Source: Candidatus Cloacimonadota bacterium
Lineage (GTDB): Bacteria > Cloacimonadota > Cloacimonadia > JGIOTU-2
Direction of reading: 5' to 3'
Length of the DNA: 64,000 bases
Assembly (NCBI GenBank): GCA_023129415.1
Contig: JAGMCF010000151.1
Coordinates: 1,616-65,615 of the forward strand
This document shows positions 48,422 to 56,782 of this stretch, piece after piece; the first letter of the stretch is position 1, and every line of letters starts with the position of its first letter. The translations under genes and the position numbers were made by a program. Under the pieces are notes generated by a model, which searched no databases, was not told where the DNA came from, and saw only the letters and a list, made by a program, of their open reading frames with translations.

Positions 48422-49822
48422 TTAATTCCTAACCATTTTTCGTGTAATTTCGTGTATTTCGCGGGCAATAAAATGAATATCCTCTTCAAAAATTGTTAAA
48501 ACATCAAAATGCAGATTTCCTTCCCGAAGAATTCCAAGTATTGGTCTTTCAAGTTTCAATAGGTTTTTAAAAACAGATTCAGCAAATTTTTTATAATTTT
48601 TTGGTGAGGTGAGCATTACAGAATAACTATCAATTTTGAGACGAGGAAGTGTTCCACCACCGCTATGTGCAGTGCTTTCAACAATTCTGGCTTTTACACT
48701 ATATTTTTTCAATTCTTCCAATAATTTTTGAGCTAGACTATGAAGTTCAATTTTAGTTCTTTTTAACATCATAAAAATTGGGATCTTTGATCGCAGCTCT
48801 TCTTCATTTATGTAATATTTTAAAACAGTTGATAGAGCTGCAATTGTCATTTTACCCACACGAAGAGCTCTCATTAATGGCGTTTTTGCAATTTTATTGA
48901 TCAATTCCTTTTTGCCTGCAACAATTCCTGCTTGGGGTCCGCCAAGTAATTTGTCACAGCTAAAAGTAATTAAATCGGTTCCAGCTTTCAAACTAGATTG
49001 AACATCTGGCTCATCTTTTAGCGGTAAACCTTCTGGCTTTCTCAAAAGTCCTGAACCAATATCATAGATCAAAATCAGATTATACTTTTTCGCAAGTTTA
49101 GAAAGCTCCCCTATCTCAACCTCTTCTGTAAATCCCTCGATGTAATAATTTGATTTATGTGCTTTTAAGATGATTGTTGTATCATCAGTTATTGCCTTTT
49201 CATAATCAGAAAGTCGTGTCCGATTTGTGGTGCCAACCTCAACCATTTTGGCTCCGCTTGCTTTCATAATTTCTGGAATGCGGAAAGAACCGCCGATTTC
49301 TATCAATTCACCACGAGAAATAATAGCTTCTTTATTTTCAGCAAAGGTTTTCAAACAAAGCAATACTCCTGCAGCATTATTATTCACAACAACAGCATCT
49401 TCTGCTTTTGTTACAAATTTAATCAGTTCAGAAATATGGGTGTTCCTATGACCTCGTTTGCCAGTTTCTAAATCAAACTCCAGATTTGAATATTCAGTAA
49501 TAATAGGCTCTAATTCTTTTAAAACAGCTTTTCCAAGAGGAGCTCTTCCTAAATTTGTATGTAGAACAATTCCTGTGGCATTAACCACAGGTTTCAAAGA
49601 TTTTTCAGATACTATAGAAATGTATGATAGAACTTTTTGAATGATTTGGTCAGTATCCCAGGCTTTTTCGCCTTGTAAAACCTTTGCTCTAATCTGCTCT
49701 AAAATTTGTCTGATTGCATAAGTCACTAATTCTAGACCAAATTTCTCTTTCAGTTTCAAAATTTCAGGTTGATTTAATAGTTTATCAACTCCAGGGATTC
49801 TTTTCAATTCTTCTTTCTGCAT
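48422..49822 (-). CDS. selA: L-seryl-tRNA(Sec) selenium transferase
   Basis: RIPGVDKLL N-terminus, NATGIVLHTNLGRAPL, FSCDKLLGGPQAG (PLP lysine). Confidence 0.95.
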   Translation of the reverse strand: MQKEELKRIPGVDKLLNQPEILKLKEKFGLELVTYAIRQILEQIRAKVLQGEKAWDTDQIIQKVLSYISIVSEKSLKPVVNATGIVLHTNLGRAPLGKAVLKELEPIITEYSNLEFDLETGKRGHRNTHISELIKFVTKAEDAVVVNNNAAGVLLCLKTFAENKEAIISRGELIEIGGSFRIPEIMKASGAKMVEVGTTNRTRLSDYEKAITDDTTIILKAHKSNYYIEGFTEEVEIGELSKLAKKYNLILIYDIGSGLLRKPEGLPLKDEPDVQSSLKAGTDLITFSCDKLLGGPQAGIVAGKKELINKIAKTPLMRALRVGKMTIAALSTVLKYYINEEELRSKIPIFMMLKRTKIELHSLAQKLLEELKKYSVKARIVESTAHSGGGTLPRLKIDSYSVMLTSPKNYKKFAESVFKNLLKLERPILGILREGNLHFDVLTIFEEDIHFIAREIHEITRKMVRN

Positions 49823-49834
49823 ATTTCTATTCCT

Positions 49835-49963
49835 AAAAAAGCCACAGATTCACCCCGTTAGATAACCTTGCTCTATGCGATAACAAAATACATTGGCTGT
49901 AAAAAATTTTACCTCATTACATAAAACAATTAATGGACAAATATCTAACGGATTAATCTGTGT
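49835..49963 (-). promoter_or_regulatory. Long hairpin plus U-tract between tRNA-Sec and the selA start
   Basis: Arms gccacagattcaccccgttagat (49841-49863) and atatctaacggattaatctgtgt (49941-49963), with a ~77-nt AT-rich loop. On the minus strand the 3' arm is followed by tttttt, then AGGAA and the selA ATG 12 nt later. Confidence 0.5.
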
Positions 49964-49984
49964 TAAAACATTTTTATGAATTAG

Positions 49985-50076
49985 CAGAGAGGGCAGGAAT
50001 CGAACCTGCCACAGACGGTTTCATCCGCCCACTACTGGTTTTGAAGACCAGCCGAAACACCAGTTCCATCCTCTCT
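49985..50076 (-). tRNA. selC: tRNA-Sec (anticodon UCA)
   Basis: Minus strand: AGAGAGGATGGAACTGGTGTTTCGGCTGGTCTTCAAAACCAGTAGTGGGCGGATGAAACCGTCTGTGGCAGGTTCGATTCCTGCCCTCTCTG. Anticodon loop CUUCAAA; 6-bp anticodon stem; D stem (U)GGAAC/GUUUC(G) with 4-nt loop; long variable arm GGCGG-AUGAAA-CCGUC; T arm GCAGG-UUCGAUU-CCUGC. No encoded CCA. Ends uncertain by 1-2 nt. Confidence 0.85.
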
Positions 50077-50111
50077 TTTTCTTCTCTATAAACTAATTAT
50101 TGAATTATTAC

Positions 50112-50325
50112 TTAACTCAAGTTTCGCACTTGATAACTCTATTCCCTCTGTAACACGGATCCCCGCGTCCGCGGGGACTGTTCCGTTTGTATTATGAATC
50201 TCTGGTTCATAATCCGAAGGATCTCCCGACAAGTCGGGATCTGTCTCGGGCATGATGCCTTCGGCATGATATGGAGCAGAGCTCCTTCTGGCAGACGCTT
50301 CAGAGAAGCGTGTTACAATTTTTAA
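50112..50325. repeat. GC-rich mosaic element, inverted paralogue of 43806-43998
   Basis: Shared backbone: aaaattgtaacNcgcttctctgaagcgtctg / aaggagctctgctccatat / aaccagagattcataataca / ccgtgttacNgagggaatagagttaNcaagtgcgaaacttgagtta. Extra modules at 50214-50270 and 50160-50177. The 87-aa track ORF here is rejected. Confidence 0.8.
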
Positions 50326-50467
50326 TAGTCTTTCATCAATAATTGCCAATGTAAATATTCAATATAAACAAAGAAATTTTGAAGTATATTTTTGTCAAAC
50401 TTATTATATTTATTGTATAAGTAGTTTTTATCCAAAGTTTTCAGTTATTACATTTTCATCTGAAAAT

Positions 50468-50640
50468 CCTTTTTAGCCACGAATTTACCCCGTTAGATAG
50501 CACCCCATTAGAATAGGAAGTATCTAACTAGGAAGAATATCTAACGGGGCAAGCACGAACTGACACGAACAAAATCTTATTCATAAAATTACACTCTCAT
50601 TCCCAAGCCCTCCCCAATTGAATTGGGGATTGGGAATGCT
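50468..50640. repeat. GC-rich hairpin elements upstream of the tRNA-Sec region
   Basis: gccacgaatttacc-ccgttagata...tatctaacgg-ggcaagcacgaactgacacgaaca (50468-50573), and the nested attcccaagccctccccaattgaattggggattgggaat (50591-50629). Confidence 0.8.
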
Positions 50641-50651
50641 TAATGCCATTT

Positions 50652-52361
50652 TCATGATCCTTTCAGGCTCGGCGCCCAGACGGGTGTGTCCCGATTTGTT
50701 TTCGGGACAAGAACAACATAAGTTGGCAGTCCAAGCACTCCAAAATAATCAAGAATTTCTTTCGTTGGAGATTCGTTTAGATTTTCTGCTTTATATTTCA
50801 CCCAGACATAGTTTTCAAGTTTTTCAACAACTTCATCATCCTTAAAAGTCGTAGCATCCATTACCAAACAGTTTTTACACCATGTAGCCCAGAAATCAAT
50901 CATTACAGGTTTTCCTTCTTTTTTTGCTTTTTCAAGTCCTTGAGAAAAAGAATATATCCATGGAAGAGTTGATGTTTCTTCTGCGACTTTAATTTGCTCT
51001 ACAGACTTTAATCTGCTGTGAAATATCTTTACTCCTGTATAACCATAATAAATTGCTATAACAAAAATAATAACACCAAAAATATATTTAATCCAGTCCA
51101 TCCAATTTCCTGGTTTAGGAAGGAATGAAAGACCAGCACCAGCAAATGGCCAGGGGATTGCCATTCCTGCTCCAAGTAAAAATGGTAGCAATAGTCCTGC
51201 TGAATTTCCTTTGGCATAAAGCGTTGTGGAATACAGAATGACAGAAATTAGGACAGGGGCGACACATGCTCCTGCAAGAACAGCAGCAATAACACCCAAT
51301 ACAAAAACGGTTATAAATTTTCCTCTACTTTTTCCTTGTATATTACCACTTCTAAATTTTGAGAAATCAATTGGAATGATATCAAACATAGCCAGTGCAA
51401 GAAGCACAAAGATTACCGCAATAATAATATTAAACCAAGGAGAAGCATTAATGGCACCAAATTTTGAGCCCGTTAAAACCACGATAACCCCAAGCGCTCC
51501 ATAGGCTAAAGTCATACCAAGTCCATAGGTCCCGCCAATTAAAAATCCCCTACCTTTTGATTCTGATTGGGTGCCAGCCCCAAGCACAGCGATTGTAATA
51601 GGTATCATTGGAAGAACACAGGGAGTAAGATTAAGTGCTATCCCTCCAATCAAAATCAGTAGAACAACTAACCAAATACTTTTCCCGGTAAATGTATTAG
51701 AATTAAAATCATTTGAACTTTCCGCCTGATCTAAAAAGGCGATAAATTCATTACTTTTTTGATATCCTCCGGTGACACCTGCAATAACAAAATCATCTAA
51801 TAATTTTTTAATTTCATTAAACTCATAGTCTGAAGTAATATGCTTTGTGGAAATTATTTCCTTTAGAGAAGCAATACTATCTTCTTTGTTAATACTGCCA
51901 ATGGTAACAGGTAATACCAATTCAACCTCTTCAGGAAAAAGGCACAGACCAGCATCATCACAAAATTGATAGCCAGCCACAACTTTTATTTCGTAAAAGC
52001 CATGCTTAACCTTTTTACTAACAGTAAAATCTCTTATTAAGGTAACCTTATGATGATAAGTTATTACTCCATCTTTATCTTTTTCTCCTACTGGATAAAC
52101 AGTGGACTTAAATGAAATTCCATCTATTTTATCAACTTCAATAAAAAAATAATCCTTTTCCAGAAGTTGATGATGTCCTGGAGGAATTAAAAAATTAACA
52201 CTAATTTGTCCTTTTTGTCCTATTTTGATTGTTTCAGGTTCAATTTTTCCTGAAACAACTTGTTCTTCTGCAGAAATCTTCACAACAGAAAATATAAAAA
52301 GAATTGCGATGAGTATAATATAGTTTCTTTTTTGTGTCATCGTGCCCATTTTCTTCATCAT
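50652..52361 (-). CDS. DsbD-like thiol:disulfide interchange protein (CcdA-type membrane core plus C-terminal thioredoxin domain)
   Basis: Signal peptide, LNLTPCVLPMIPITI (DsbD/CcdA transmembrane Cys motif), C-terminal FWATWCKNC thioredoxin motif. The last ~17 codons (VPKTNRDTPVWAPSLKGS) lie in a repeat module. Confidence 0.8.
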   Translation of the reverse strand: MMKKMGTMTQKRNYIILIAILFIFSVVKISAEEQVVSGKIEPETIKIGQKGQISVNFLIPPGHHQLLEKDYFFIEVDKIDGISFKSTVYPVGEKDKDGVITYHHKVTLIRDFTVSKKVKHGFYEIKVVAGYQFCDDAGLCLFPEEVELVLPVTIGSINKEDSIASLKEIISTKHITSDYEFNEIKKLLDDFVIAGVTGGYQKSNEFIAFLDQAESSNDFNSNTFTGKSIWLVVLLILIGGIALNLTPCVLPMIPITIAVLGAGTQSESKGRGFLIGGTYGLGMTLAYGALGVIVVLTGSKFGAINASPWFNIIIAVIFVLLALAMFDIIPIDFSKFRSGNIQGKSRGKFITVFVLGVIAAVLAGACVAPVLISVILYSTTLYAKGNSAGLLLPFLLGAGMAIPWPFAGAGLSFLPKPGNWMDWIKYIFGVIIFVIAIYYGYTGVKIFHSRLKSVEQIKVAEETSTLPWIYSFSQGLEKAKKEGKPVMIDFWATWCKNCLVMDATTFKDDEVVEKLENYVWVKYKAENLNESPTKEILDYFGVLGLPTYVVLVPKTNRDTPVWAPSLKGS

Positions 52362-52411
52362 TTTTTAATTAAAAAATATGGGGTAATGAAACTGATATTC
52401 CTTTTTGGAAG

Positions 52412-52445
52412 TCAACAAAAAGGCGGAATATTTCTATTCCGCCCC
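52412..52445 (-). terminator. Rho-independent terminator of the YVTN-repeat gene
   Basis: Minus strand reads ggcggaatagaaatattccgcc followed by tttttgttg. Confidence 0.8.
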
Positions 52446-52712
52446 TTGTTACCCTTGCGAAGGTTTAGAACCTTCGCAAGGTTCTTTGTTTCCAATCTTA
52501 ATTATCTTATCAAAATTTATTATACGACCTGTCCTTCGTAGTCTTGACGAAGGAGGAAGCACCACTTCGTCCTGATGATCCCCAATTCCTGAGCTCGTCA
52601 GGAACGGGCTTAATCGGGGAGGGACTTCGTAGTGTAAACTTTTCTGAACTCCATAGTTTTAACGAAGGAGTTAGCGAAGGAGAATTTATCCTCCGAAGCC
52701 TTAGCGAAGGAG
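52446..52712 (-). repeat. Conserved 3'UTR backbone with 4 extra hairpin modules (paralogue of 56633-56782)
   Basis: 59 nt (52469-52527) are identical to 56671-56729. Extra modules at about 52528-52557, 52573-52621 and 52644-52671. A 12-bp direct repeat ttagcgaaggag (52671-52682 and 52701-52712) flanks an 18-nt spacer. Confidence 0.85.
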
Positions 52713-55286
52713 GATCATTTTCTTGATTTGAGACTTAAAGTTCGTGGTTTCTATCTGATAGAAATAGATTCCGGACGATAGCTTTTTGCCACTCTCATCT
52801 TGTCCATTCCAGGCTACAGAATGTTTGCCAACGGTTTCTCTACTATGAACCAACTTCTTTACTAATTGTCCTCGTAGATTATAGATATTAAGGATAATTT
52901 TCCCGGGTTTTTGCAATTGGTAGGAAATGATTGTTTCAGATCTTAACGGGTTGGGATAGTTTTGTCCAAGTTTCGCTACAGGAGGCTGACCACTGTATGG
53001 CTCTTCTACACTAACAACGAAACTGTCTGTGATTACCGAAATGTTGCTAGAATATGGATTAGCAATGTAAACACTGTTTTGAAACTCGTTCCATATTCCA
53101 GCATCTGGTCCTATGCCCACAGGAATGGTAGCAACAACCTCATTAGTTCCTCCATCAATAATGGTGACATCGTTACTCCACCAGTTACCACAATAGACCT
53201 TGTTGTTAATAGAGTTCCAGAGCAAGAAATCTGGCATAGCTCCAACTGAAATAGTAGTAATCACCTCGTCCGTCTCACCATTGATAACAGTGATGTCATC
53301 ACTAAAATCGTTTGCACAGTATATTTTATTATCTATAGAGTTCCAGACCAGGTCCCATGGCATGTCACCTGCAGGAACAGTAGTAATAACTATATCACTT
53401 GCACCATCAATTATAGTGACATCGTTACTTAACTGGTTAGCACAGTAAACCTTATCGTTGGTAGAGTTCCAGCAAAGAGCTTGAGGCCCTGTCCCCGCTG
53501 GGATAGTAGCGATAACCGCATTTGTCTGACCGTCAATAACAGTGAGATTATCAGTAAATATATTCGCATGATACACCTTATTGTCGGTCTGATTCCAACA
53601 CAAGACACCCCATGATTCATCAGGCAAAGGCACGGAAGCAATAATTGCGTTACTCACTCCGTCAATGATATCTACCGCATATCCTTGACAACCACAGTAA
53701 ACCTTATTATTGATCGAATTCCAGCAAAAACCTTGGGGTCCCCATGTTACTGGGATTGTGGTGATAATGTTATTAGTTTGTCCATCAATGATGGTTACAT
53801 TGTCACCCCAGTAATTTGAGCAGTATATTTTGTTGTTAATGGAGTTCCAGATAAGAGCCCAAGGGGTCTCTCCTACTGGGATATTAGTAATAACCTGATT
53901 AGATTCTCCATCAATCACAGTAACGCTATTGCTCATCTGATTTGCTGAATAGACCTTGTTGTTGGTGGAGTTCCAAGTAAGTGCGCGAGGTTCATCCCCT
54001 ACCTGGATGGTGGAGACCAACCCGTTTGTCTCACCATTGATAATTGCTACCTTGGCACCATTGTGATCCACACAGTAAATTTCATTTTCTATGAGGTTCC
54101 AAGCCATATCCTGAATATTGGTACCAATTGAAAGTGTAGTGATGACTTCATCTGTCTCTCCATCAATGATGGTGACACTCTGACCTGTATAGCCGTTTGC
54201 ACCACAGTAAACTTTATTGTTAACCTGATTGCAACACATATCACGTGAATAGGAACATACAAGTGGAATAGTAGTAAGTACGGTATTTGTCTCTCCATCA
54301 ATGATAGTGATACTGGGCGATGACTGATTGGACGAATACACCTTGTTGCTCACAGGATTCCAGATGATCCAGAGCGGCTTATCTCCTACAGAAATAGTAG
54401 TAATCACTGTATTTGTCTCTCCATCTATAATAGTAATATTATCACTTCCACAGTTTGCACAGTAGATCTTATTGTTAGTTTCATTCCAGCAAAGGCGACT
54501 GGGGTTAGTGCCAGCTGGAATATTAGTGATGACCTGATTCGTTATTCCATCAATGACCGTCACAGTTCCATTTTCCCAGTTAGCACAATAGACATTATTG
54601 TTAGTTGAGTTCCAGACAATACCGTAAGGATTGCCACCGACTGCAATCTCCGTAATAATTGTATCCGTTTCACCATCAATCACGGTTACAGTGCCGCTAT
54701 AGAAATTAGCTGCATAGACCTTATTCTCGGTCTGATTCAGAGTTAGCTCGTAGGGCTGATCTCCCACAGGTAAAGTAGTAATAATTGTATCTGCCACACC
54801 GTCAATGATAACCACATTAGCACTGTAGTACATATCACTTGAGCAATAGATCTTGTTATTGATAGGGTTCCATATTATACTCCAGCAAACTCCATTAAAT
54901 GGAATTAGTTTGGTCCTTTGATGAGTGGCTCCACCAAAGACAATAACGCCTTCTTGAGAATCGTAATAGCCACCTCCACCAACATAGATCTTATTGTTGG
55001 CATTACAAGTAACACTTCTAGGACCATACATACCGCCCAGACTATCTGGCAAAGTAATGGTTGTTTCAAGCCATTGTCTTGGTGTATATCCATCACGTAT
55101 TCTATCCTTACTCTCGAATACCTCAAACTCGTTAGTAAATGCTGACATCCCTTGCTCGAGCTTAATCTTAACACCTGGTTCCAGCAATTTGCCGGAATAT
55201 TCCCGAGGCTTTTTCACCTCGTTAGCCGAAAGCCCAAAGCCCACAAAAAGTAGGATGGACATAGTTATTAGCATTGCTTTTTTCAT
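52701..55286 (-). CDS. YVTN-family beta-propeller repeat protein with T9SS-type C-terminal sorting domain
   Basis: Start at MKKAMLITMSILLFVGFG (AAGGAG RBS). About 16 repeats of VTVIDG-TN-VITTIPVG--P--L-WN--NNKVYCAN. C-terminus NYPNPL...IYNLRGQLV...GIYFYQIET. The track start at 55397 is rejected. Confidence 0.8.
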   Translation of the reverse strand: MKKAMLITMSILLFVGFGLSANEVKKPREYSGKLLEPGVKIKLEQGMSAFTNEFEVFESKDRIRDGYTPRQWLETTITLPDSLGGMYGPRSVTCNANNKIYVGGGGYYDSQEGVIVFGGATHQRTKLIPFNGVCWSIIWNPINNKIYCSSDMYYSANVVIIDGVADTIITTLPVGDQPYELTLNQTENKVYAANFYSGTVTVIDGETDTIITEIAVGGNPYGIVWNSTNNNVYCANWENGTVTVIDGITNQVITNIPAGTNPSRLCWNETNNKIYCANCGSDNITIIDGETNTVITTISVGDKPLWIIWNPVSNKVYSSNQSSPSITIIDGETNTVLTTIPLVCSYSRDMCCNQVNNKVYCGANGYTGQSVTIIDGETDEVITTLSIGTNIQDMAWNLIENEIYCVDHNGAKVAIINGETNGLVSTIQVGDEPRALTWNSTNNKVYSANQMSNSVTVIDGESNQVITNIPVGETPWALIWNSINNKIYCSNYWGDNVTIIDGQTNNIITTIPVTWGPQGFCWNSINNKVYCGCQGYAVDIIDGVSNAIIASVPLPDESWGVLCWNQTDNKVYHANIFTDNLTVIDGQTNAVIATIPAGTGPQALCWNSTNDKVYCANQLSNDVTIIDGASDIVITTVPAGDMPWDLVWNSIDNKIYCANDFSDDITVINGETDEVITTISVGAMPDFLLWNSINNKVYCGNWWSNDVTIIDGGTNEVVATIPVGIGPDAGIWNEFQNSVYIANPYSSNISVITDSFVVSVEEPYSGQPPVAKLGQNYPNPLRSETIISYQLQKPGKIILNIYNLRGQLVKKLVHSRETVGKHSVAWNGQDESGKKLSSGIYFYQIETTNFKSQIKKMILLR

Positions 55287-55453
55287 CTTAACTCCTTTAT
55301 TCCGCCAGTTAACTGCGGAATTTTTTCTCTTTTTTCGATTAACATAATAATGAGCACTTCTCAATAGAAGTATCTCTCCTATTTTAGACATTAACATTCC
55401 GACATTTTCCCCAATAAAAATAAGTGTCTAAAAACAAAATCAGATACACATTT

Positions 55454-56317
55454 TTATTGTATTCTATCTCTATCAAAGGTTTCCAAAGGATCCACCTTTG
55501 GCGGAGATTCTTCGTATTTAATCTTAAACTCTTTAAAAGGCATTGCTTTTTCCCAAACACTCTCAAATACATACTTTTGTGCCTTTGCAAAACCAGCATG
55601 GTTTATAATAATAGTTGTTATGCTGGGTTTTAAGGAAACAGGATCGTTCAAAGCAAACATTGTTATTTTCTCATCAAATATAACCATTTTCATTGGCAAT
55701 TCTTCTACTATTCTTGCCTTTTCACCAGCAGAAATCCAGAAAGATATTACCTTCAGAAATTCTTCTTTTATAGTATCCTTATATTCATAGATACCCCTGA
55801 TATTTACTTTTCTCTTTAGAACCTCAATTTCTGCATTCATATCCTTAGTAACTGGAGTAGTGTATGGTGCTTTTGTGAAAGCAAAAATTTCTGTCTTTGC
55901 TTTCCTAAACTGGTAGAGCCATCTTTTATGAATCTGTTTTTTATCTTTAAGAACTTCAATGTATTCTAAAGGATTGTCATCTGTTTCTCTTTCTTTATAT
56001 AAAGGTGAAAGAATCTTCAATACATTATTGGCTATATTTTCTTTTTCTTCCAAATCCTTTAATAATCTATCAAAAACAGAAACAGGGTTCACAGCCTCAT
56101 ACTTTTTATAATGTCCAATTTTTTTTTCTGTACACATCCCTTTACTAATTAACTGATGCAATACCTCATAAACCTTGGTTCTTGGTATATCTACGAGCTG
56201 CTGAATTTCAGAAGCGGTAAAATCCTTTTTGCGAAATAGGGTGGTATATACCTTTGCCTCACGCATTGATAAACCAAAGTTAGTTATAAGTTTTTCTACT
56301 TCTTTTAGGTCTTTCAT
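55454..56317 (-). CDS. TrmB-family transcriptional regulator
   Basis: LSMREAKVYTTLFRKKDFTASEIQQLVDIPRTKVYEVLHQLISKGMC winged-helix region plus a TrmB-type C-terminal domain. Confidence 0.8.
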   Translation of the reverse strand: MKDLKEVEKLITNFGLSMREAKVYTTLFRKKDFTASEIQQLVDIPRTKVYEVLHQLISKGMCTEKKIGHYKKYEAVNPVSVFDRLLKDLEEKENIANNVLKILSPLYKERETDDNPLEYIEVLKDKKQIHKRWLYQFRKAKTEIFAFTKAPYTTPVTKDMNAEIEVLKRKVNIRGIYEYKDTIKEEFLKVISFWISAGEKARIVEELPMKMVIFDEKITMFALNDPVSLKPSITTIIINHAGFAKAQKYVFESVWEKAMPFKEFKIKYEESPPKVDPLETFDRDRIQ

Positions 56318-56597
56318 TTTTTGTTACCCTTTTGGGTGTAATTAAATTTTATAAAAATTTTCTTTGTCAAGAAAAATTTTATTTTTTGAAAAAAGTTATC
56401 TGGCTTCAAGGCTTTTTATACACTTAACTGACGCAATAGGCGTAAGTTAGAAATAAAGTATTGTAATGAGAATTTATAAAAAAATCTTATCCATTTATTT
56501 GTGTGGAACTGATTAGCTTTACATCTTTTAGCTTAACCTTCTAATTTTTCTTTGTTAGACTCTCCAACAAAATGTTAAAATTGTTTATAAATAGTTC

Positions 56598-56632
56598 ATA
56601 AAAACGAAAGGCGGAATATTGCTATTCCGCCC
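56598..56632 (-). terminator. Rho-independent terminator of the FG-GAP gene
   Basis: Minus strand reads ggcggaatagcaatattccgcc followed by tttcgttttt. Near-identical to the 52412-52445 terminator. Confidence 0.8.
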
Positions 56633-56782
56633 CTTGTTACCCTTGCGAATCCCCAATTAAATTGGGGATCAAACCTTCGCAAGGTTCTTTGTTTCCAATC
56701 TTAATTATCTTATCAAAATTTATTATACGAAGCACCACTTTGTCCCGAATATAGGGACTTCGTAGTGTAAACTTTAGCGAAG
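56633..56782 (-). repeat. Conserved 3'UTR backbone (paralogue of 52446-52712) with one private hairpin insertion
   Basis: Private module tccccaattaaattggggatca (56649-56670) sits in the loop of ccttgcgaa..ttcgcaagg. The small hairpin gtcccgaatatagggac sits where the other copy has a 49-nt nested structure. Confidence 0.85.

Noticed and set aside
40549-52361. Selenoprotein genes with in-frame UGA plus SECIS near the sel genes
   Set aside because: No pair of same-frame ORFs separated by a single TGA was seen. SelD has Cys at the catalytic site, and the DsbD-like thioredoxin motif is WCKNC. Selenoprotein genes are presumably elsewhere in the genome.
53000-55100. Strong ~130-nt periodic DNA repetition
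   Set aside because: It is explained by the ~44-residue YVTN beta-propeller repeats of the encoded protein. It is not a CRISPR array or a mobile repeat.
52962-55347. Numerous antisense or alternate-frame track ORFs inside the YVTN gene, with similar ones inside groEL, infB, selB and the FG-GAP gene
   Set aside because: These are shadow ORFs of long, well-supported genes on the opposite strand or in another frame. The repetitive coding sequence keeps alternative frames open.
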